Origin: Omnitrophica WOR_2 bacterium GWF2_43_52
GTDB lineage: Bacteria > Omnitrophota > Gorgyraeia > Gygaellales > UBA12090
Direction of reading: 5' to 3'
Assembly: GCA_001805445.1 (NCBI GenBank)
Contig: MHGF01000028.1
Coordinates: 73,651-137,650, forward strand
DNA: 64,000 nucleotides
Shown here piece by piece: positions 9,144 to 18,861 of the stretch. Made by a program: the position numbers and the translations under genes. Position 1 is the first letter of the stretch. Every line of letters starts with the position of its first letter. The notes under the pieces were generated by a model. The model ran no database searches and had not been told where the DNA came from. It saw nothing but the letters and a program-made list of their open reading frames with translations.

Positions 9144-9636
9144 TAAGAGGGGGCTGCTGCTTCTTTTCTTTCTCTAAATCAATCTTGAGAAATTCATACA
9201 ACTGGTCTTTAAGCTTTTTGATTCGCTCATTCTCTTCAGCTTCTGCCAAGGCATCCTGCTGATCAATGCGCTTTCGATAGGCTTCGTTATGCTCGTAACG
9301 GTATTCGGAAATAATATGAAATGGCATCTTAAGGGTATTGGCAAACACACTCCAGATAATCTTGGGGAAATGAGTTATATACCTGGTCAGATAATCTTCA
9401 ATCTGCCCCATCTTGAGGTAATAATTCTCAACGGCAGCCTTTCTCCTTAAATAACGGATTTTGGCTTTACCACGGTCTTCTGGAGCTTTATTATCTAAAT
9501 CAACCGTATATTCAGGTATTACATACCCAAACCTCGCCACAGTATATCCGCCGAATGTTTCTGACTTCTGAAACGTATGCACCGTACAGCCGGTAAAGCA
9601 AAAAAGAGCGCAAAAGAATACCAGAAATTTCTTCAT
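9130..9636 (-). CDS. Hypothetical lipoprotein
   Basis: Signal peptide with lipobox-like FTGC; GAGG RBS. Confidence 0.7.
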   Translation of the reverse strand: MKKFLVFFCALFCFTGCTVHTFQKSETFGGYTVARFGYVIPEYTVDLDNKAPEDRGKAKIRYLRRKAAVENYYLKMGQIEDYLTRYITHFPKIIWSVFANTLKMPFHIISEYRYEHNEAYRKRIDQQDALAEAEENERIKKLKDQLYEFLKIDLEKEKKQQPPLNAPS

Positions 9637-9669
9637 TATTACCTCCTATACCAGCTCAGGGCGGAAGAA

Positions 9670-9737
9670 AAAGGGGACGGGTTCATTTTTTCTGGAACTA
9701 TCTCTATTTTTTTATAAAAAATGAACCCGTCCCCTTT
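9670..9737. repeat. REPIN-like inverted repeat downstream of tRNA(CAU)
   Basis: aaaggggacgggttcatttttt / aaaaaatgaacccgtccccttt, same arms as 810-879 with a different spacer. Confidence 0.75.
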
Positions 9738-9750
9738 CTTGGTTTTTTGG

Positions 9751-9827
9751 TGGTGGCGGGAACTGGATTTGAACCAGCGACCTAACGGGTATGAGCCGTC
9801 TGCTCCACCGGGCTGAGCTATCCCGCC
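9751..9827 (-). tRNA. tRNA-Met(CAU), probably elongator
   Basis: GGCGGGATAGCTCAG..GACGG-CTCATAC-CCGTT..GGTTCAAATCC..TCCCGCC-ACCA; paired G1-C72 and no GGG/CCC anticodon stem, so not initiator. Confidence 0.9.
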
Positions 9828-9876
9828 ATTATTTCTTGTTAAACCAACCTCGTTTAAGCTCCTTGCTCAATGCTTA

Positions 9877-10665
9877 TTACTTCTTTCTGTAGGCATCAAG
9901 ATAGGAATCACAATAAATATGCTTATTCAATACCAAATCCGAGGTAATCGCGCTATCTACAAGCTCCTTATCCAAGGGATCAAGAATTGCCGCGTCCAGG
10001 CCAAATCCGACTGCCATAATCAGGAAGGTTCTGTTGACCAAGCTTCGCTGGCAGGTACCTTGCGAAACATTGCTTAAGCCCACCACTGTTTGAGGCGCGG
10101 GATCTGAAATTATTTTAAAATCATGGATTGATTCTAGAATATCCCTCATCTGTGACTGAGCCACATTGACCGGCATAACTATCGGGTCGAGATATAAATC
10201 CTCTATAGGAAAACCTTTCTCCTGCGCGAAAGCCACAATGCCTGCCGCTAGTTCTAGGCGCTGATCCTTATTCTGCGGAATCCCTTTTTTGCTGATGGTC
10301 AGGCCAATAAGCTTAGCGTTATAACGCAGCGCAAGAGGAACTAACCCTTCAAGCTTTTCCTCATCAGCAGTAGTAGAATTGATAATTGCCTTACCCTTTA
10401 AGACCTTTAATCCCGCCTCAACAACCGCGGGCCTGCTGGAATCAATGGCAATAGTCTTATCCGTTACCTCCTGAATAGTAGTAATCAACCATTGGATATC
10501 ATTCACCGGATCCTTCGATGCCGGGCCGCAGTTTACGTCAAGCGCGTCCGCCCCGGCCTTTATCTGGTCAAGGGCCTTTTGTTGAATAACGCCTTTGTCC
10601 TTGGTTTGAATGGCTTTTCCAATGTCCTTATACATTCCATTAATTAATTCACCGATTATAAACAT
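9877..10665 (-). CDS. acsE: Methyltetrahydrofolate:corrinoid Fe-S protein methyltransferase
   Basis: MFIIGELING, LDVNCG, IDSS, IINST, GLSNVS; acs cluster context. Confidence 0.88.
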   Translation of the reverse strand: MFIIGELINGMYKDIGKAIQTKDKGVIQQKALDQIKAGADALDVNCGPASKDPVNDIQWLITTIQEVTDKTIAIDSSRPAVVEAGLKVLKGKAIINSTTADEEKLEGLVPLALRYNAKLIGLTISKKGIPQNKDQRLELAAGIVAFAQEKGFPIEDLYLDPIVMPVNVAQSQMRDILESIHDFKIISDPAPQTVVGLSNVSQGTCQRSLVNRTFLIMAVGFGLDAAILDPLDKELVDSAITSDLVLNKHIYCDSYLDAYRKK

Positions 10666-10698
10666 CGCCTCACTCCTCTTGTAATAGCCAATAACTTC

Positions 10699-10770
10699 GG
10701 GTCGATAGTCTATGGTCAATAGTCTATAGTTTACGTTTTCTATTGACTATCGGCCATAGGCCATAGACCC
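10699..10770. repeat. Inverted heptamer-repeat hairpin (gtcnata/tatngac family)
   Basis: gggtcgatagtctatggtcaatagtctatag...ctattgactatcggccataggccatagaccc; related copies at 18747-18831 and 56576-56689. Confidence 0.7.
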
Positions 10771-10783
10771 ACGTTATTTTTTC

Positions 10784-11749
10784 CTATCCCCTCATTAATT
10801 CATCAATATGGTTCCTGACTAATTCCGCGCTTTTAGGATGCCTCATTACCATAATATTGGCTCCCGACTGCAAAAACGCCGTAGCCGTAAGCGCCTCCCA
10901 GGTAACACCTCTGTCTAATTCAGCGCCCCAACTGGGAAATTCAGAAACAAGGGCCTTTGCCTCTTTTGCCCTCCAGGCTTCATACCCTACAAAACAGATA
11001 AAAGGCATTGCCAGCATCTTATCTCCCGAGAGTGCCGCCAAACGCGCCCTTTCCATAATCGAATACGCGTATTCTAGCCCATAGCCTAACGCCCCTACCG
11101 TAGGATTAATGGCGATACGCTCATGCGGCAGGCTCATATCGGTAATAAGAATATTAAGCTGTTTAGCGATATTGATATCGATGGGCGACTGGGCGATAAT
11201 ACTATGGCCATCTGCCAACACACTCGCGGTAAGTGTTTTATAATTATCCTGAACCACTTCACCGATTAAAATCTTTTCTCCTTTTGCCGCCTGAGAGCAT
11301 CGGGGAAGAACCTCATTATCCCGTTTATCTTCACCGCACCCAACTAAAATCAAGGGGATGGTAGTTACCTTTAAAACATCAATAACTACTTTGACTAAGT
11401 GGTCAACGGGCTTATTCTGGGCATCAGGGTGCGCGCCCGCGAGCCGAAGGCACAGCAGGTCTGCCTTAAATTCTTTTTCACACTTTATCGCCCACTCGAC
11501 GGGGTTTTTGATGGCGCTGCCGAGTGCCGAGGTAAGCGTCAAAGGCCAGTCATCAGGAGGAGTGTCTAAAATTTCCATGGCAATGACCGGGCGATGGGGA
11601 ATTTTACCTTCACTAAATAAAAATGGCAGTGATTCCTCCCCTCCGCATTGTACAACCTTTTGTCGCGTTCCCCCTTCTTCTTTTATCGCGCCTATAGTTA
11701 ACGTACTTACCGCATTTGACCATTTTTCTTTTACCAACTCAAGCGCCAT
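10784..11749 (-). CDS. acsD: Corrinoid Fe-S protein small (delta) subunit
   Basis: SPIDINIAKQLN, GALGYGLEYAYSIMERAR, VMRHP. Confidence 0.93.
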   Translation of the reverse strand: MALELVKEKWSNAVSTLTIGAIKEEGGTRQKVVQCGGEESLPFLFSEGKIPHRPVIAMEILDTPPDDWPLTLTSALGSAIKNPVEWAIKCEKEFKADLLCLRLAGAHPDAQNKPVDHLVKVVIDVLKVTTIPLILVGCGEDKRDNEVLPRCSQAAKGEKILIGEVVQDNYKTLTASVLADGHSIIAQSPIDINIAKQLNILITDMSLPHERIAINPTVGALGYGLEYAYSIMERARLAALSGDKMLAMPFICFVGYEAWRAKEAKALVSEFPSWGAELDRGVTWEALTATAFLQSGANIMVMRHPKSAELVRNHIDELMRG

Positions 11750-11786
11750 AATAATCCTCCCCCTCGTATATTATGTGTAATTAGCT

Positions 11787-11939
11787 ATGTTAATTGAGAG
11801 AATCAGGTAATAGGGGAATCAGGATTTGATAATCAGGGTATCAGGATATTGGGGACAAAATATCAATATTTTCCTAATCCCCTGATTTCCCAATCCCCAA
11901 ATCCTAATTCCCTGATACCCTGATATCCGCTTTTAACAT
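11787..11939. mobile_element. MITE-like element, family B
   Basis: Starts atgttaa, ends tatccgcttttaacat; internal inverted degenerate 8-mers (atcaggg/ccctgat); copies at 39937 and 55926. Confidence 0.6.
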
Positions 11940-11951
11940 GTTGCAAACCCA

Positions 11952-12701
11952 CTATCTAGCTAAAATTTTCTCAAGTATCTTCTTAACTTCTACAAACGCC
12001 TTTGATGATTCTTCTAAATCCGTTATAGATTTACCCTGGCGGCTTAAATTCAGCAGATTCTCATCCTCGGGGATTACCCCCGCGATTTCCACTCCTAATT
12101 CCTGTATCTTATCGCTTAGTATAATGCTATGAGTACGGTTTAAGATCAACGCTATATTCTTGATGTCTATTTCTAATTCCTTGACCAACGCAATAATCCT
12201 TTTTGCCGCCCGTAAGCCTGCCTCTGAAGAATCTGAAACCAGAAGCAGCCTATCCGCCCGGCGCATCGTTTTACGGGATAAATGTTCAAAGCCAGCCTCA
12301 TTATCGAGCACGATATAATCGTAATCATCAGCGATATTTTTAATCAGGGTACGTAACAGATTATTCACATAACAATAACAACCCGGGCCCTCAGGCCTTC
12401 CCATAGTCAGGATATCAAAACCGTCATTCTCTACGATACTGGTCTGAATACGGTAATCGATAAACCTATCCTTACTCATACCTACAGGCACAAGCCCCGG
12501 ATTCTTAGCGATTGCGTCAACAATACTCCCTATATCTTCTTTTACCTTTAAGCCTAATGCCTCGGCAAGGTTACTGTTGGGGTCAGCGTCAATACCCAGC
12601 ACTGAGCCAATGCCACGCCCAGCAAGCATATTCACTAAAAGCGATGACACTGTTGTCTTTCCTGTTCCGCCTTTTCCCGCTACTGCTATTATAAAACTCA
12701 T
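11952..12701 (-). CDS. cooC: CODH/ACS nickel-insertion ATPase (CooC/AcsF)
   Basis: GKGGTGKT, IDADP, GPGCYC, DNEAGFEHLSR. Confidence 0.9.
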   Translation of the reverse strand: MSFIIAVAGKGGTGKTTVSSLLVNMLAGRGIGSVLGIDADPNSNLAEALGLKVKEDIGSIVDAIAKNPGLVPVGMSKDRFIDYRIQTSIVENDGFDILTMGRPEGPGCYCYVNNLLRTLIKNIADDYDYIVLDNEAGFEHLSRKTMRRADRLLLVSDSSEAGLRAAKRIIALVKELEIDIKNIALILNRTHSIILSDKIQELGVEIAGVIPEDENLLNLSRQGKSITDLEESSKAFVEVKKILEKILAR

Positions 12702-12781
12702 TTTTAGCCTATAGAGCGTAGAGCCTATAGAGTATAGGTACAGCTTACTTCTATACCCTAAAAAACTATTCGCTCCTTCCC

Positions 12782-14716
12782 CTAAAATCTTACATTTGGA
12801 AACTTTGCCAAATCCGTATGCGGGAAAAATAATGCCGCCACATACTCATCCATATAGTTAGGCTCAACCGAAAGCTCAAAATACGTCAACTGCTTGGCAA
12901 TGGCATCCGCGTCAAAAAGCGCGTCGTGAGAAAGGATAATCTCTCTCGCCCCTATCAGAGAGCTATTGCCGACGAAAAAAAATTTTCCGCTCGGCAAATC
13001 CGGAAGCAAACCTATAGCGATGGCATTGGCCATATCCACCGAAGTGCCGAATCCGCCGGCGATAAATACCTGCTCCAAGTTATCAAAGGATAAATCCATA
13101 TGGCGTACCAGCATTGAGCTTGCCGCGTAGATTGCCCCCTTTGCCCTTTTCAGATTCTCTATATCCATCTCATTAATCACAATATCGCCTGTAGTACCCA
13201 CATCTTCCTTAAAAGCGATAACAAACTCTTTGCCGTATTCACCATCGCGGATACGCTTATGTATAAGTGAGCCGTTTATTTTTCCGCTTCGGTCAATTAT
13301 TCCCGCGCGTAAAAGCTCTGTGATAATATCAATGTACCCGGAACCGCAAATCCCCGAGGCTGCTACCTTCATTATCGTTTCATACTGAACATCAAATGTC
13401 GCAGGGTCAATTTTGACTTTTTGGATGGCGCCTTTTGACGCCCGCATGCCGCAAGTAACTCCGCTTCCTTCAAAACACGGGCCGGCGGAGGCGGCAGCTG
13501 AAATCAACCAGTCTTTATTGCCTAAGACTATTTCCCCGTTTGTGCCGATATCAATAAGCAGGCTTAGTTTTTCTGTCTTATCCATGCCGCAGGCAAGGAC
13601 ACCCGCGGTAATATCCCCTCCCACATAGCTTGAGACCCCCGGCACACAGCCAAGCAGGCCTCTGGGGTTGAGCTTGATACCGGCCTCTGCCGCGCGTATT
13701 ACCGGTACAAAATTCGCCGTCGGCACATACGGCTCGCGGCGGATGTAGGTTGGGTCAACCTTAAGGAGAAGATGTATCATCGTGGTATTTCCGGCGCAGA
13801 CACAACAGGTCACATCATTTAAATCTATAGCATGTTCCACAGTCAATTCCTGAATCATCCTGTTCATTTCATCAATAACCACATGGTGCAGCTTTTCCAA
13901 GCCATCGGGTTCATGGGCAAAAATAATCCGGGTAATGACGTCCGCGCCATAACTTGCCTGTTTATTAAAGGCGGCCTTGGTGCCTAAGATTTTTTTTGAG
14001 TTTAAATCAATGAGCTGGCCGGAAATAGTAGTCGTCCCGATATCAAAGGCAAAACCGTAATTGCGGCCGGAGGTATCCCGTGGCTCAACAATGACAATTT
14101 CGGTTGTGCCGTTACGCTTGCCCAAGGTTACCGTAATCTCCCAATCACTGGTTCTTAAAAGCTCACCTAAGCGGCGGATATTGGCAATGCCTGTCTGAAG
14201 TACCGGGATATCCTGAAAAGCGCGTATTACCCGGTATATCCGTTCCAGGTCGCTTATCTTGTCATCCAAATTCGGTTTGGGCAGTTTTAAAAAAAGCTTG
14301 GTAGCAAGGGGCGAATGAATAAAAAACTCCTCGCTTACTACTGACTCACCCTTATCTACATCAACCGGCTCAGAGAATATCCCTTTAAGCCGAAGCATAT
14401 AGCTATCATCTTCAGAAATACTCCGGGAATCAAGGCGCGATTCTTTAGGAATCTCTACCTCTACATCGCTCTGGGCAACGCTCAGGCAAGAAAGATGATA
14501 CCCCTGCTTTCTTTCTTCAAGAGTAATCCTTCCCGTAGGCAGGCTTGCCACCTGCCCTTTTTTCACAATAACCTTGCACCTGCCGCAAACACCGTCTCCT
14601 CCGCAGCTGGAATTGATATGAATCCCCGCTGAGATAGCCGCGGAAAGGATAGTTGCCCCTTTTTCCACTTCAATTACCTTGTTATCCGGAAAAAACTGTA
14701 TTTTATATTTTTCCAT
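12782..14716 (-). CDS. acsV: Corrinoid activation protein (2Fe-2S plus ASKHA ATPase; AcsV/RACo)
   Basis: CGGDGVCGRC ferredoxin, DIGTTT, DIGTNGE, IAGGFG. Confidence 0.88.
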   Translation of the reverse strand: MEKYKIQFFPDNKVIEVEKGATILSAAISAGIHINSSCGGDGVCGRCKVIVKKGQVASLPTGRITLEERKQGYHLSCLSVAQSDVEVEIPKESRLDSRSISEDDSYMLRLKGIFSEPVDVDKGESVVSEEFFIHSPLATKLFLKLPKPNLDDKISDLERIYRVIRAFQDIPVLQTGIANIRRLGELLRTSDWEITVTLGKRNGTTEIVIVEPRDTSGRNYGFAFDIGTTTISGQLIDLNSKKILGTKAAFNKQASYGADVITRIIFAHEPDGLEKLHHVVIDEMNRMIQELTVEHAIDLNDVTCCVCAGNTTMIHLLLKVDPTYIRREPYVPTANFVPVIRAAEAGIKLNPRGLLGCVPGVSSYVGGDITAGVLACGMDKTEKLSLLIDIGTNGEIVLGNKDWLISAAASAGPCFEGSGVTCGMRASKGAIQKVKIDPATFDVQYETIMKVAASGICGSGYIDIITELLRAGIIDRSGKINGSLIHKRIRDGEYGKEFVIAFKEDVGTTGDIVINEMDIENLKRAKGAIYAASSMLVRHMDLSFDNLEQVFIAGGFGTSVDMANAIAIGLLPDLPSGKFFFVGNSSLIGAREIILSHDALFDADAIAKQLTYFELSVEPNYMDEYVAALFFPHTDLAKFPNVRF

Positions 14717-14801
14717 ATTTACAGCTATAAGCTATCGGCTGAAGGCTTCCGCCGTAGGCGGATCCGCCTTCGGCGAGGATAGCCAACAACCAAATTATTT
14801 C

Positions 14802-16136
14802 CTATGATAAATTTTTAAGAAACGTGGGTATTCCTGCCGCTTCCTTCGGCCCTACCACGATTTTCCAGCCGCTTTTTTCCTCTAAATCACCACTCATAAC
14901 CGCTACGTATCCGGGAATAATGAGATTGCGGTGTTTCAGCTTCTCTTCCACCCCTGATTTCTTCAGGCTCTCCGCTATTTTCTCGGGAGTGAATTTCTCC
15001 GCTGCCCAGGCAGTCAAAACCGACATACCTTCAGTATTCACGCTTAAGATATACGTCGGTACCTTACTAGCCTCTACCTCACCTAAGACGGTATAATAGG
15101 TGAGTGAAAAATTCGTCGTCACTAATGCCGGAGAATTTTCCGTAGTATTGCCTATCGCATAGAGCTTTGATTCTATTTGTAGTGGTTTTTGCGGGTCGGT
15201 ATAAATATTCTGGCGAAGAGTAAGTAATGCCAAAACCGCCCATTCTTCAAAGGTGTTAAGCAAAATAATCCCGGCATATTTGGCGATATAATCCCCTGCC
15301 CTGATGACTTCCGCCTGCGAGGCAAGCTTATCCATGACGCACATCAAAGGATATCCTACAGCACGGTTTGCTTTTTTAAGCGCAAGCCTGCGTAGCTGCG
15401 TCATCTCTGCAATGACTTTAGCCTGCTGGTTTTTAGTATCAACATCAATGACAAGATCGAGAACGCCAAGTTCATTTGCCTTCTTAGTTAACTCCGGCAG
15501 GGTATCCCAGGATTCAGCCTTTATCGCAAGAGGGCTCGCGTTTTCTTTCGCCAAGGCGGATAGATCAGCGATAGTCTGGCTGTTTGCAGCGTACACAAGA
15601 GGCCTTTTGCCAGCCAAAATCTTTAAAGCACCAGCCAAAGCCTTGGTATCCTGGCTCATCAATACGATTCCTACGCTCGTTAGGCCGGAAATCAGCGTTA
15701 CAACATCAATAAACCTCTGCGTGTCTTTAGTCTGCTTTATGGCTATAAGGTCGGTTTTTAAATGCTGGCCAACACGCTCAAAATGAAGTTTCCCTATCTT
15801 CAGAAGGCGCTCTTTAATTTCGGTATCTAACAGGCTGTCTTCAATAATAAATCCGAGAGCCGCGGGATGGTGAAACTTCTCCTCATGGCGAAACATTACC
15901 GTTTCATTGCCTATCTCAGACTTATTTTTCTCATCACCGATTAAAGCCAGCCGTATGGGCGGCTGAGACTGGGCATCGAGCGCCTGTTTTGCCTCTTTGC
16001 TGACATAGGGGCACTTCTCTAAAGACACTGCTTTCTTTGCTAATGAAAGCGCGAAGGCAAGGCAGGTAGGGAACCCGCATTCACGGCAATTGGTCTTAGG
16101 AAGAAGCTTGTAAATATCCAATCCTGATAGTGCCAT
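14802..16136 (-). CDS. acsC: Corrinoid Fe-S protein large (gamma) subunit
   Basis: LPKTNCRECGFPTCLAFA, TTNFSLTY, SVLTAWAA. Confidence 0.94.
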   Translation of the reverse strand: MALSGLDIYKLLPKTNCRECGFPTCLAFALSLAKKAVSLEKCPYVSKEAKQALDAQSQPPIRLALIGDEKNKSEIGNETVMFRHEEKFHHPAALGFIIEDSLLDTEIKERLLKIGKLHFERVGQHLKTDLIAIKQTKDTQRFIDVVTLISGLTSVGIVLMSQDTKALAGALKILAGKRPLVYAANSQTIADLSALAKENASPLAIKAESWDTLPELTKKANELGVLDLVIDVDTKNQQAKVIAEMTQLRRLALKKANRAVGYPLMCVMDKLASQAEVIRAGDYIAKYAGIILLNTFEEWAVLALLTLRQNIYTDPQKPLQIESKLYAIGNTTENSPALVTTNFSLTYYTVLGEVEASKVPTYILSVNTEGMSVLTAWAAEKFTPEKIAESLKKSGVEEKLKHRNLIIPGYVAVMSGDLEEKSGWKIVVGPKEAAGIPTFLKNLS

Positions 16137-16189
16137 CTAACACCTCGCTTTATATACCATCGACGTTTACTTTTCCCACCCCGCCCTCC

Positions 16190-16227
16190 TCAACCTACGC
16201 GGTTGAATTTTCAACCGCGTAGGTTGA
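16190..16227. repeat. REP-like palindrome pair (TCAACCNCGTAGGTTGA family)
   Basis: tcaacctacgcggttgaattttcaaccgcgtaggttga; same family at 49813-49872. Confidence 0.65.
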
Positions 16228-16236
16228 AGGTAACGG

Positions 16237-16644
16237 TTAGAGAAGGATAAATATTTCTTCGGGACATGCCTTATACAATTCTCGCGCTAAACGCTCACAG
16301 TTTTTGTGATCATTGGCTTCACGCAGTTTTTCTATGATACCCTCCTGTAAAGCCAGGGTAATATCTTTTTTATTCTCACAATGTATGAATTTGACTTTAA
16401 TACCTTTACCGTTATATTTTTTGATATTCCCTTTGCCATAGGTGCAACCGGTGGAAAGTTGCAAGCCGTCAATCAAACAAGACTTGGGCTTCTGGCTTGC
16501 TCCCCAAATCTTAACCTCTAATCCGAAATGCGGTTTGGCTTTGATTTTTCTAAGCGCGTACTCTCCCATCAATAGCCCTAAAACTAAATAAGGGCCAAGA
16601 TGCCCATGGAACTCTATCGCCCGCTGTAAAAAAGGTTTCTTCAC
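16237..16644 (-). CDS. FmdE-family protein
   Basis: FHGHLGPYLVLG, SCLIDGLQLSTGCTYGKGN. Confidence 0.85.
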   Translation of the reverse strand: MKKPFLQRAIEFHGHLGPYLVLGLLMGEYALRKIKAKPHFGLEVKIWGASQKPKSCLIDGLQLSTGCTYGKGNIKKYNGKGIKVKFIHCENKKDITLALQEGIIEKLREANDHKNCERLARELYKACPEEIFILL

Positions 16645-16653
16645 TTCTATCCC

Positions 16654-17325
16654 CTAACCTCTATTTATCATTCCCGCTAAATACCCTGCGCCAAAACCGT
16701 TATCTATATTTACCACCGCCACACCCGGAGAACAGCTATTGAGCATGGTTAAAAGCGCTGAAAGCCCCTTAAAATTCGCCCCGTATCCGATGCTAGTAGG
16801 CACGGCAATCACCGGAACCGCAACCAGCCCCCCAACCAAACTTGGCAATGCCCCTTCCATGCCCGCGGCGACAATAATTACTCTTGCCTTGCGTAACAGA
16901 TTCTTCTTATGCAAAATCCTATGCACCCCGGCAACGCCGACATCATAAAGGCGCCCAACCTTTGCTTGCATAAGCTCTGCTACCACTGCCGCTTCTTCTG
17001 CAACGGGAATATCTGAGGTTCCGGCGCTTATCACAAGGACAAAACCGCGTAACTTTACTGAAGCTTTGCCTTTCTGATACGCAATCTGGGCATGAGGATT
17101 GTAGTATAAGCCAGGAAATGCCTTTTTTAGGTAGGAATACGCTGTCGCCTTAAGCTTAGTAATTAATAAAACCTGGCCTGATTGAACAATCTTCAACGCG
17201 ATTCGTTGAATCTGTTCATTTGTTTTGCCGGGCGCGTAGATAACTTCAGGAAAACCTCTTCGTCGCGCCCTGTCTGTGTCTATTTTGGCAAACCCAAGCT
17301 CGCAATAGCCTTTATTTTTACGCAT
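16654..17325 (-). CDS. larB: Nickel-pincer cofactor biosynthesis protein LarB
   Basis: DRARRRGFPEVIY, SAGTSDIPVAEEA, DVGVAG, AGMEGAL, PTSIGYG, VNIDNGFGA. Confidence 0.92.
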   Translation of the reverse strand: MRKNKGYCELGFAKIDTDRARRRGFPEVIYAPGKTNEQIQRIALKIVQSGQVLLITKLKATAYSYLKKAFPGLYYNPHAQIAYQKGKASVKLRGFVLVISAGTSDIPVAEEAAVVAELMQAKVGRLYDVGVAGVHRILHKKNLLRKARVIIVAAGMEGALPSLVGGLVAVPVIAVPTSIGYGANFKGLSALLTMLNSCSPGVAVVNIDNGFGAGYLAGMINRG

Positions 17326-17380
17326 ACTCCCGTGAGGAAATCATCCCCCGTTTTAGAAACCTTGTGATTCCCTACGGTCT

Positions 17381-17680
17381 TTATCCCCTGCTGATAATCA
17401 CCAAAAGCGTCACGATAATCGCTATAGCAATAATATAAAAATCGTAAAAGTAAAAAAAATCCCTCAGGCGTTCGCCGGATGTAGAAACGACTTTCTGAGG
17501 GGATTTCTGGTTCTGAAACGTCTGCAAAAGCTGGTCAATCTGATCTTTCTGAAACCTCAAATAGACTCCTCCTACTTTATAGGCTGGAATCTCCCTCTTC
17601 TCGGCAAGATCAATCACCTCTTTCTCGCTGATTCCTAAACTATAGGCTACTTCTCGTATCGTTAATAACTTCTCAGCCAT
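17381..17680 (-). CDS. Excisionase-type HTH protein with C-terminal TM helix
   Basis: LLTIREVA...IPAYKVGG..LRF (HTH_17-like) plus hydrophobic C-terminus. Confidence 0.75.
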   Translation of the reverse strand: MAEKLLTIREVAYSLGISEKEVIDLAEKREIPAYKVGGVYLRFQKDQIDQLLQTFQNQKSPQKVVSTSGERLRDFFYFYDFYIIAIAIIVTLLVIISRG

Positions 17681-18188
17681 TACCTATTCTCCCTGCAGCA
17701 AGCCACTCATCAATAGCCTTGCGCTCGAATTTCCAACTCTCCCCATCTTTAAGCGCGGGAACCTTTCCTGTGCTTGCCCATTCTGTAATCAAGGGTAATT
17801 CTACCTCCAAATATTTGGCTAACTCATCAATACTAAAATGATCTTTAAGCATGTGGCAGGTGCCTTCAAACACCGCGCCTTCATTAACAACCAGCCTCGC
17901 GGTCCTTGCCTTGATTTCAACTACTGCGCTCGGCAAAAGGATGAGTTTTTGTTTGGCCAATATATCACCTTTTAGCCTGCCGGCAATAATAATTTCATCA
18001 CCAATAAGGTGCGCGTTGACTATGGCGTTTGGGCCGATAACAAGGCTGCCCTTTGTCTCAAGCGTACCTTCAAATTTACCGTTAATCCTTAAGTTCACCG
18101 GGTCGCGAAAGGTAAGGCTCCCAGACATAGCCGCATCAACATCAAGAATCTTCTCCACATCCTGCCTGTGCTTGTCTTTAAATGACAT
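17673..18188 (-). CDS. Bactofilin fused to a C-terminal excisionase-type HTH
   Basis: LRINGKFEG, IIIAGRLKGDI, VNEGAVFEGTC beta-helix, then SIDELAKYL...GKVPALK..ESWKF. Confidence 0.8.
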   Translation of the reverse strand: MSFKDKHRQDVEKILDVDAAMSGSLTFRDPVNLRINGKFEGTLETKGSLVIGPNAIVNAHLIGDEIIIAGRLKGDILAKQKLILLPSAVVEIKARTARLVVNEGAVFEGTCHMLKDHFSIDELAKYLEVELPLITEWASTGKVPALKDGESWKFERKAIDEWLAAGRIGNG

Positions 18189-18269
18189 GGTTACCTCCTG
18201 GTTTTATCGGTTTTTCCTCGCCTGGCCCGATGCCAGGCATTTCTGGATAATGCCAGAAAGGAATAACGA

Positions 18270-18713
18270 TCACCCTTTGGGGTGTTTATCGCCAAATATC
18301 TTATTTTCCAGGCGCCTCAAAAACATAAGTGTTAACAACACTATTACCGTCGTCGCGATGGCGGCGGTATAAAAACCACAACCCACCGCCAGGCCTAAGG
18401 CCGCGACGACCCACAGGCTTGCCGCGGTGGTTAACCCGCGGATTTCCTCGCCATATCGGATAATCGTACCCGCGCCTAAAAAGCCAATTCCTGTGATAAC
18501 TCCCGATGCAATCCGTGATGGATCAACGGCAACTTTATCTTTATATATATCAAAAATATAAAGTGATGTCAACATAATCAATGTTGAACCGACACATACA
18601 AGAATATGGGTGCGTAAGCCAGCTGCCCTGCGATGCAGCTGGCGTTCTAATCCTATGAGGCCGCTTACCAAAACCGAAATAAGTAACCTGATAATAATCT
18701 GGGTATTACTCAT
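18270..18713 (-). CDS. MgtC/SapB family membrane protein
   Basis: IGLERQ, AGLRTHILV, DPSRIASGVITGIGFLGAG, GLTTAA. Confidence 0.92.
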   Translation of the reverse strand: MSNTQIIIRLLISVLVSGLIGLERQLHRRAAGLRTHILVCVGSTLIMLTSLYIFDIYKDKVAVDPSRIASGVITGIGFLGAGTIIRYGEEIRGLTTAASLWVVAALGLAVGCGFYTAAIATTVIVLLTLMFLRRLENKIFGDKHPKG

Positions 18714-18746
18714 TGTTATTTCTCCTATAGTAATAGTAACAATTTA

Positions 18747-18831
18747 GGGTCGATGGTCGATAGTCAATGGTCAATAACGCAAGGAACCATATGCTATCGA
18801 CCATAGACCATAGACTATAGACTATAAACCC
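18747..18831. repeat. Inverted heptamer-repeat hairpin
   Basis: gggtcgatggtcgatagtcaatggtcaata / tatcgaccatagaccatagactatagactataaaccc. Confidence 0.7.
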
Positions 18832-18861
18832 TTTATCTGTGTTTTTACTATACTATCACGA

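Noticed and set aside
9751-9827. tRNA(CAU) as Ile2 or initiator because tilS is nearby
   Set aside because: It lacks initiator hallmarks and its acceptor stem looks like elongator Met. Ile2 cannot be strictly excluded without a model.
17381-18188. Excisionase-like genes as a prophage or integrative element
   Set aside because: No integrase, att repeats or phage genes; the HTHs are fused to bactofilin or a TM helix within a housekeeping operon.
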